Below, one piece after another: positions 22,101 to 29,700 of a stretch of 29,700 bases of DNA. Each line of letters opens with the position of its first letter. Within the stretch, counting starts at the first letter, position 1. The stretch covers positions 1 through 29,700 of the forward strand of contig NW_021836459.1 in assembly GCF_006345805.1 (NCBI RefSeq), read 5' to 3'. The position numbers were made by a program, and so were the translations under genes. Under the pieces are notes generated by a model that worked only from the letters and a program-made list of their open reading frames with translations, was not told the origin of the DNA and ran no database searches. This DNA is from Octopus sinensis (Eukaryota).

Positions 22101-22296
22101 ATCAATATTTCTTATTGAGGGTGTGGAAATCAGTCAATCATATATTTTCTCTGTATTCCGATACGTCTGAAGTGTTGGCCATATGCAATTCTCCAAAGAC
22201 TTACTTTTACTCCTATTCACAAACGAATACAGTTGGGGTTTTTTTTCTACGTAACTACAAACACACAACAAATACACACACACACACACGCACACA

Positions 22297-22336
<40 letters not shown>

Positions 22337-22519
22337 TAAACACACACATGTTAGCTCTCTTTTTGACCTCTTTCTTATTGTTTTTGTTGTTGTAAATGAT
22401 TGTAGCTTTATCATACTTTCTTTTTTTTTGTCTTTCGTAATATATATTTCATCGAATCAAACCTTACGCTTCTCTACGTCTTTCAATCCTTGCTCGTCTT
22501 TCTCTCATTATACAACTTC

Positions 22520-22592
22520 AATCTTTTAATATATTAATACATACATACATACTACATACTATATATATATATATATATATATATAATAATAT

Positions 22593-22623
<31 letters not shown>

Positions 22624-22842
22624 ATGTATGTATATGTATATACATATCTATATATATGTACGTATAAGTATATAAATATATACATATATACATATATACA
22701 TAATATATATATATATAATATATATATATATATATACATATATATACACACACATTATATATAGATAGATATATATATATATAGATCTATATATATATGT
22801 GTGTATGTATATGTACATATAAGTATATAAATATATACATAT

Positions 22843-22895
<53 letters not shown>

Positions 22896-22990
22896 TATAT
22901 ATATAGATAGATATATATAGATAGATATATATATATATGTGTGTGTGTGTATATATGTACATATATGCATATATGCACACAAATATATGT
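22520..22990. repeat. (TA)n-rich compound microsatellite
   Basis: Directly visible. Confidence 0.93.
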
Positions 22991-23434
22991 ATATACAAAT
23001 GCATATACACATGTAATGCTTTCAGCATCCCATGTGCCTTCACCAATATATATTTCCCTCACATTCGACCTTTCACTCATACCCTCTTACATACGTTTGC
23101 ACACCACCCATATAACTATTACGCACACACGCAACAAACACACGTACACACACATACATTCATTATCCCAATACAATCTCATACTTGCTTCCACACACCC
23201 ACAGAATCCTCCATTCTGAACACAATCCGAACACAGCATTCCTAACTTGTTTAGAATTTTTATTATTTACTTAATATCTCTTATCACTGCTATTATGTTC
23301 CTCTCTTCTTATGATGAAGGGCTTATGCACGAAACATTACGAACCTTCCCTTTTCGTTTAAATATTAAGTTGAAACATTCTTTCCCAAATTTCTGCCTTT
23401 TGTGTTGTCAGTTTTTGTGTTCATTGTTCAAAAG
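22990..23434 (+). mobile_element. Penelope-like 3' region with hammerhead relic
   Basis: ATGATGA-A-GGGC-TTAT-GCAC-GAAAC-ATTA at 23311-23339 is three substitutions from a minimal CTGATGA-A-GGGC..GCCC-GAAAC-GTTA hammerhead. Confidence 0.5.
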
Positions 23435-23549
23435 AGGCAAGTAGGCAAAATTGTTAACACGCCGGAAAAAGTGCTTAGCGGCGGTTCGTCCGTCTTTACG
23501 TAATGAGTTCAAATTCCGTCGAGGTCGACTTTGCCTTTCAGCCTTTCGG
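23435..23549 (+). mobile_element. 5' part of a family C SINE
   Basis: GGCAAAATTGTTAACACGCCGG...GAGTTCAAATTCCGTCGAGGTCGACTTTGCCTTTCA. Confidence 0.8.
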
Positions 23550-23749
23550 ATTATGTGCATGTATGTGAATGTGTGTGTATGTGTATGAGTGTGTCTGTTC
23601 ATGTATGTATACACACACACAAACATATATATATATATATATCTTCATATAATTTATGATATATTGTGTTGGTGCATTGCTGCTTTTTCCAACAAATTGT
23701 ATTCAGCAAAAACAATAACAACATGTAACAAAAACATCTTTTAATGATT

Positions 23750-24213
23750 ATTGAGAGGGTGGCGGCTGGAAGACCCTATGTCTGTTAACAGGACTCTGCA
23801 CCATGCCACACAAGGAGGAGGACCCAGTCATGGGTGTCAAACAATTTCTGCAACCACATTACCCGTAACATATGGCCACCTAATTCCCTAGACTGCAACC
23901 CCCTTGATTATTATGTGTGAGGTGTAGTTGAGTAAGAGACCAATAAAACTCCTTGTAATACCAAAGATGAACTGAAGGCAAAGATTATGGTAGCATTGAC
24001 CAACTTAGACAAGGAGACCGTCCAGAAGAGTTGCAGGAGATTCCGAAGTCGTCTGGAGGCTGTGGTTGAAGCCAATAGCGATTTTATTGAATAAATTTAC
24101 TCTTTAGTATTTCAAGAACTTTTTATGCAATTTTGGTAAGTATATCTGTTAAAATGAGATCTCAATGTTATTTTCATTTTTGCGCAATTTATACTACAGT
24201 TTATTCACCTGTA
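23750..24213 (+). pseudogene. Tc1/mariner DD37D (maT) transposase C-terminal fossil plus right end
   Basis: 23750-24094 translates IERVAAGRPYVC*QDSAPCHTRRRTQSWVSNNFCNHITRNIWPPNSLDCNPLDYYV*GVVE*ETNKTP...RLEAVVEANSDFIE*, with 37 residues between D(SAP) and (PL)D and three internal stops. Ends CACCTG|TA at 24206-24213. Confidence 0.92.
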
Positions 24214-24532
24214 CGTATTTATGTACGTATATATGTATGTATATATGTACGTATGTTAAATATTTCCAGGATTCAAGAGAATTAGGCCCTTAAATAGTAA
24301 AGCACGGTGGTAACGCTATCGAGGACAAATAATGTTTAAGAACAAATACATACTTATTAAAGTAAACACGTATTTGTACTCCGATTGTGCGTACTTTCTC
24401 AACTTGCTGACGGAATACACGAGTCGTCAAGGACACACATAGGTACACTCACTACACGTATTGTAGCGCATTGTATAGACTCTAGATCTAAACGAATTGC
24501 AATTTCCGAGTTAAGGGAATGATAAATAAATA

Positions 24533-24970
24533 ACTAAAGATGGATTGTGTTTCACTACAGCTGTTTCAGACTTGTTTTTATTGTGTTATATCATGTTATA
24601 TCCTGCAAAGGAATCTTTGAATACAGATAAAAATTAAACATTTTGAACATCTCAACAACAAGGGCAAAAAAGTGTCATATGATTATAGAGAGCGACGATT
24701 CTAAGAGAGAATTTGTTAAGGGTCCTGGATCGGGGAAGGAAATGGATGGTAAAATACAAGGAGATAAGTGGAAGAAGATATACCGAAGAGAGGAGAGAGA
24801 AGAAAAAGTGTTTGATCTCGATTGACCTCGGAAAGAGTTATAAATAAGACAAAGTTATGTCTAGTTAGTTGACAGGGTCTTCAATATTTTTTTGCATGAT
24901 GTAACACTTCTGTTCATCAATAAAAAAACACGTCTAAAACCGCTGTAGTGAAGCATAATCCATCTGTTGT
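24533..24970. mobile_element. MITE-like element with ~50-bp TIRs, possible TA TSD
   Basis: AGATGGATTGTGTTTCACTACAGCTGTTTCAGACTTGTTTTTATTG (from 24538) versus CAATAAAAAAAACACGTCTAAAACCGCTGTAGTGAAGCATAATCCATCT (to 24965); TA at 24531-24532 and 24971-24972. Confidence 0.75.
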
Positions 24971-25033
24971 TATTGGCTTATACACACTCACACACACACA
25001 TACGAAACAAATACACACACACACACATATATG

Positions 25034-25110
25034 CAGTAATCTCTCGCTACATCACGGTTCACCTATCGCGCACTCAGTACATCGCGGATTTTTCTGGTTA
25101 ATATATGTAA
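25034..25110 (+). mobile_element. pogo/Tigger-like left end
   Basis: CAGTAATCTCTCGCTACATCACGGTTCACCTATCGCG...ATCGCGGATTTTT resembles CAGTAATCCCTCG-type Tigger TIRs. Confidence 0.55.
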
Positions 25111-25789
25111 ATTTATATCGCAGACTCCCCAGTACATCCGGGTTGCTGCGGCCGATAGGTAATATAATTGTTAGATGTGGGCGGAGTTGGAACGTAACAC
25201 ACACGATAGTCGATATATATATGTGTGTGTGTGTGTGTGTCTGTGTGTGTGAGTGTGTATGCATGTATGTACGTATGTATGTATGCATGTATGTATTACA
25301 TATGTATGTATATATATATATATAAATGTACGTAATATGTATTATATCTACACATATAATACATATATTTATGCATTTATATGCATTATATATACATACG
25401 TACATAAATTAAACAACACATGGATTTAATCCCATTGGATCTCAATACTTCAAGGTAATTTTTTCGCGAACAATCATTAAACTCAAGATACACAAAGACT
25501 TTATATGTATCGGAGTACCTATTTTTTAATTTTTGTATATATTTATTTTTATTTTTCTGCAAAAAACAATGTAATTTTCTTTTTCCCCTCCTCACATTTA
25601 AAAAAATTCTTTTCTTTACAATTCTTGAAAAGTCACATTATGACGACGAAAACCGGTTTGAATTAATATATATATATTTTATCAATTTTTCAAAAACTTT
25701 TCCATACACCCATTTTCATTAAAATTTTCTTTCAATTTAGCATTCTGACTTTTTACAATTTTTCCTTGCTATATATATATATAACTTAC

Positions 25790-26287
25790 TTGGAGAAGAA
25801 GAAGACAATGACTCGTGCGTTCGATCATATAATAATAATGTAATAAATAAAACATATGCATACATACATACATACATATATGTACAAACCTACATCTATG
25901 TGTATATATACATGCATATATGAGTACAGGACACCACAAATAAACGTAGAACACAACGAGAAACGAAAACATAGGGGTAAAAAAGGTGACAAGATCAGGA
26001 CGTAAAAGCAATACAAATAAAGAAAAAACAAACAGTACAAATAAAGATAAAAACAGTAAAAGACAGGACAAGGAAAACACCCTTATTATTGGTTTCCTTG
26101 TCCTGTGGCGTAGGTTTTCGATCAAAAGGGATCGTAAAGGGGAAAGAAAAAAAACGATCAATAGGAATCGTGTATCACAGAAATGTCATGATGTAAAGTG
26201 TAAAGAGGGAAGCAGATAAGGTTTATCCGTGGAAAGAAAAGCCCACGGAAAAGACCACGGTAGCCTAATGTCACATGTTAACACATT

Positions 26288-26288
<1 letters not shown>
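25790..26288 (-). mobile_element. Unclassified retroposon 3' segment
   Basis: Shares 25840-25975 with 3660-3790 and 26104-26140 with 26478-26515; bounded by (TA)n and (GATA)n. Confidence 0.6.
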
Positions 26289-26369
<81 letters not shown>

Positions 26370-26370
<1 letters not shown>

Positions 26371-26585
26371 GTTTCTTTATTGGCCACACAGGGCTGCACA
26401 CAGATGGGACAAGTTACAAGGTAGAGCTTTTCTTTTGGGGGATGAAAAAACAAAAAACAAAAGAAACAAAAAAAGGGGTGGCGTAGGTTTTCGATCAAGA
26501 GGGATCGTAAAAGGGAAGAAAAGAACAAAAAAAAATTAAAAAATAAAAATAAAATAAAATAATCAATTCCGCCCCTGTATGGGCG

Positions 26586-26586
<1 letters not shown>
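26370..26586 (-). mobile_element. Truncated retroposon 3' end inserted in a (GATA)n array
   Basis: Ends ...GTGTGGCCAATAAAGAAACT(TATC)n on the minus strand (AATAAA at 26381-26376); (GATA)n on both sides (26289-26369, 26587-26668). Confidence 0.7.
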
Positions 26587-26668
<82 letters not shown>

Positions 26669-27059
26669 TGCACACACGTGTACACACATACGCACACACA
26701 CACACACACACATGCAAATACTCCGTTCGTTCCTTCCGGCTGTTTCCCTTGTTGTTGTTATTGTTGTTGCTGTTGCTTCAGGGACTGAATAAAACTCGTC
26801 GTATTACAAACGATTGTCTTTCACATTTGGGAAAAAAAAAACGTTTATGCCTGGAATAAAAAATGACGGAAGAACCACACCTTTCTTGTCCCAGACTCGT
26901 TAACTGGAAGGGAAAGTTGGTTTCCTTATGGCATATACAGAGACCGCATTAATTTTACAGACATTTTGCGTAGAATTTCGTGAATGCTAGGCGTATATAC
27001 ATTTCACCATATTCCAGGATGATTGAATCACTATCTTGGAGGCCCCAGGGCGTAGAATA

Positions 27060-27590
27060 TGATGTCGTCATTGTTGCCGTCATCATTGATATTGTTATTG
27101 GTGGTAGTGGTGGGTGGTGGTGGTGGTGGTGGTGGTGATGGTGGTGGTTGCGGTGGTGGTGATGGTGGTGGTGGTGGTAATGGCGGCGGCGGGGGTGGTG
27201 ATGGTGGGGGTGGTGGTAGTGGGGGTTGTGGAGGTGGTAGTTGTTGCGGTGTAGTGACGGTGGCGCTTGTGTTGGTGACGTAAGTTGCAGAAAGGGCGAT
27301 GATGGTGGTGCGGGTGGTGGTGGTGACGGTGGTGCTGGTGGTAGGGGCGATGGTGTTGTGATGGTTGTGGTTGTGAAGTGTTGTTGCTGTCGTTGTTGTT
27401 GGTGGCGGTGGAGGTGGTGGTGGCAGTGGTGGGGATGATGGAGGCGGCAGTGGTGGAGGATGGTGAAGGTGGCAGTGGTGCTTGTGCTGCAGCAGTACTG
27501 ATGATGATGATGATTATGATGATGATGATGGTGGGGTGAAAGTGGTGAGGGTTGTGGTTATATTAGTTGTGGTGGTAGTGGTGATGATAT
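27060..27590. repeat. (GGT)n/(GAT)n-rich degenerate triplet repeat
   Basis: Directly visible; source of the poly-Gly ORF. Confidence 0.9.
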
Positions 27591-27753
27591 GTATATATAT
27601 ATATATAAATACATGTATATGATAATATATATTTTAAATATTATATGGTTATCCGTAATAATGAAGGGTGAAATTAATTTATTGGGAAAAATATCAATTA
27701 CACAAGTAGTCTTCGGCATGTAAAAGCCTCATTCGAGGAAAATTTAAGTAATA

Positions 27754-27914
27754 TAAGCAATAAGGGTTTAGCACGAGTGCCTTACCCATTACCGAATTTA
27801 GAAATAGCAGTCAAAGGGTTATAGCTTAGTAGAAGAAATAGCTATAACCCTTTGACTGCTATTTCTAAATTCGGTATGTGGTAAGGCAATTCGTTGCTAA
27901 ACCCTTATTGCTTA
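27754..27914. repeat. Long inverted repeat (~73-bp arms, 13-nt loop)
   Basis: Perfect 37-bp core 27790-27826 / 27840-27876; outer 20-bp perfect pair TAAGCAATAAGGGTTTAGCA / TGCTAAACCCTTATTGCTTA. Confidence 0.95.
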
Positions 27915-28159
27915 GTATTTTAAATATTATGTATTATCATTATATATATATTATAAACATTATACATAATTGTATATTATCAACATGAGTATTGACTGTC
28001 ATTCTGGCGGCATTGGGATTAACGTAAAAAGGGAAAGAATGCAAAAAAATTGCCTGGTTCCTTACCATTTCTGTCAACACATCAAACTAATAATTTCTGC
28101 GAAGGAACATTATAAAATAGCTTATATTTGTTTATATATAACCACAATATAGAGACATT

Positions 28160-28744
28160 GGAAGCACTCCGTCGGTTACGACAACGAGGGTTCCGGTTGA
28201 TCCGATCAACGGAACAGCCTGCTCGTGAAATTAACGTGTAAGTGGCTGAGCACTCCACAGACAGACACGTGCACCCCTTAACGTAGTTCTCGGGGATATT
28301 CAGCGTGACACAGAGAGTGACAAGACCGGCCCTTTTGAAATACAGGTACAACAGAAACAGGAAGTAAGAGTGAGAGAAAGTTGTGGTGAAAGAGTACAGC
28401 AGGGATCACCACCACCCCCTGCCGGAGCCTCGTGGAGCTTTTAGGTGTTTTCGCTCAATAAACATGCGTACCCTTAACGTAGTTCTCGGGGAGATTCAGC
28501 GTGACACAGAGAGTGACAAGGCCGGCCCTTTTGAAATACAGGTACAACAGAAACAGGAAGTAAGAGTGAGAGAAAGTTGTGGTGAAAGAGTACAGCAGGG
28601 ATCACCACCACCCCCTGCCAGAGCCTCGCGGAGCTTTAGGTGTTTTCGATCAATAAACACTCACGACGCCCGGTCTGGGAATCGAAACCGCGATCCTACG
28701 ACCGCGAGTCCGCTGCCCTAACCACTGGGCCATTGCGCCTCCAC
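28160..28744 (-). mobile_element. Family B SINE with ~190-bp internal tandem duplication and 11-bp TSD
   Basis: TSD ATAGAGACATT at 28149-28159 and 28745-28755; duplicated body at 28275-28464 and 28471-28659. Confidence 0.93.
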
Positions 28745-29039
28745 ATAGAGACATTAGACATGTAATCAACCCTATATCTGTTTAGAAGTAAAGACGGCCT
28801 TGGTTAGATATGGATTCATAATTCAAATCATTCGTAAGCAACGTACGGTCTGCAGGGCTTCCTGAAAGGCATTCCTAATGAAAATTACCTTGAGCATTTT
28901 TAATAGTACAGCCCACCTAATGATGACTATGTCTCATGCGGCCCGCCTCTCGAAACAGGTTCCTCCTGCCTGATTTGAACTGACTCAGTCTTTTTGATAT
29001 CGCTTTGTCAATCCTGCGCTAGTTCCCAGGATCTTCCAT

Positions 29040-29053
29040 ATATGTGTGTGTGA

Positions 29054-29096
<43 letters not shown>

Positions 29097-29132
29097 AGAG
29101 TTAGTGTGTGTGTGAGTGTGCGTGTATGCATG

Positions 29133-29169
<37 letters not shown>

Positions 29170-29250
29170 TATCTAGTGTCAGCGCACGAGCTGTGGCCAT
29201 GCTGGGGCACCGCCATTATATATATATGTGTGTGTGTGTATGTATGTATA

Positions 29251-29281
<31 letters not shown>

Positions 29282-29297
29282 CATATATTATATATAT

Positions 29298-29334
<37 letters not shown>

Positions 29335-29336
29335 GT
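29040..29336. repeat. (TG)n/(GA)n/(TA)n microsatellites with a short family A tail remnant (~29186-29212)
   Basis: Directly visible; GCTGTGGCCATGCTGGGGCACCGCC is the reverse complement of the family A tail. Confidence 0.85.
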
Positions 29337-29700
29337 ACCACTGCATATCCTTCGAGACTTCTTTAAATGCAGTTGTAGCTCCGTGCTTTGAGCCTCTTCA
29401 AATACACAATACAGATATATGTGTATATACAAACATACATATTTTTCTAATAGAAATGTTTTAAAAAACCGTTTCACGTGAAACGTTCCTCTACATTTGG
29501 CCTACATAAATGCATGCATAGATAAATACATAAATGCATGCATAGATGTGAGTATGTATATATATATACACGTACACGCACATATACACACGCGCACACA
29601 CACGCATCCAAACACACAGAAGCATATATATATGCACCTTGGCTCACATACGGACAGTCTCACATTCCATCAAACTCTATTTCTCACTCTTTTTTAAATG

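Noticed and set aside
21266-22339. 357-aa ORF, the longest in the window
   Set aside because: Poly-Ile/Tyr/Leu from (ATT)n; the frame is open because that phase lacks TAA.
25642-25666. ATGACGA..GAAAACCGGT hammerhead-like remnant
   Set aside because: No stem II or stem I; too degenerate.
27059-27438. Gly-rich ORFs
   Set aside because: Degenerate (GGT)n; no start context or non-repeat coding sequence.
28921-28985. Box C/D snoRNA candidate (ATGATGA...CTGA)
   Set aside because: No terminal stem and no identifiable rRNA-complementary guide.

Overview
AT-rich eukaryotic, repeat-dominated DNA with no intact protein-coding gene. The dense (TA)n/(CA)n/(ACAT)n/(TAA)n/(GATA)n microsatellites and the tRNA-derived SINE families look like an octopod (Octopus-type) genome; this is inferred from repeat style, not database-confirmed. 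Nearly all ORFs in the supplied track are microsatellite artefacts. The only recognisable protein remnants are transposon fossils: three pieces of R4/Dong-clade non-LTR retrotransposons (Myb-like N-terminus, CCHC zinc knuckle, restriction-like endonuclease) and a DD37D (maT) Tc1/mariner transposase C-terminus. The window also holds about ten SINE copies (several with clean TSDs, some nested), two MITEs, a Helentron-like element and a 204-bp tandem repeat with one open frame. The most notable signal is a set of short (150-300 bp) non-coding elements, mostly sitting in (TA)n tracts, that carry type I hammerhead ribozyme motifs. One is essentially canonical (15828-15888, +), one near-canonical (13962-14048, -), one is an A6U core variant (8547-8584, -), and several are decayed relics. 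This pattern fits Penelope-like/retrozyme-type non-autonomous retroelements.
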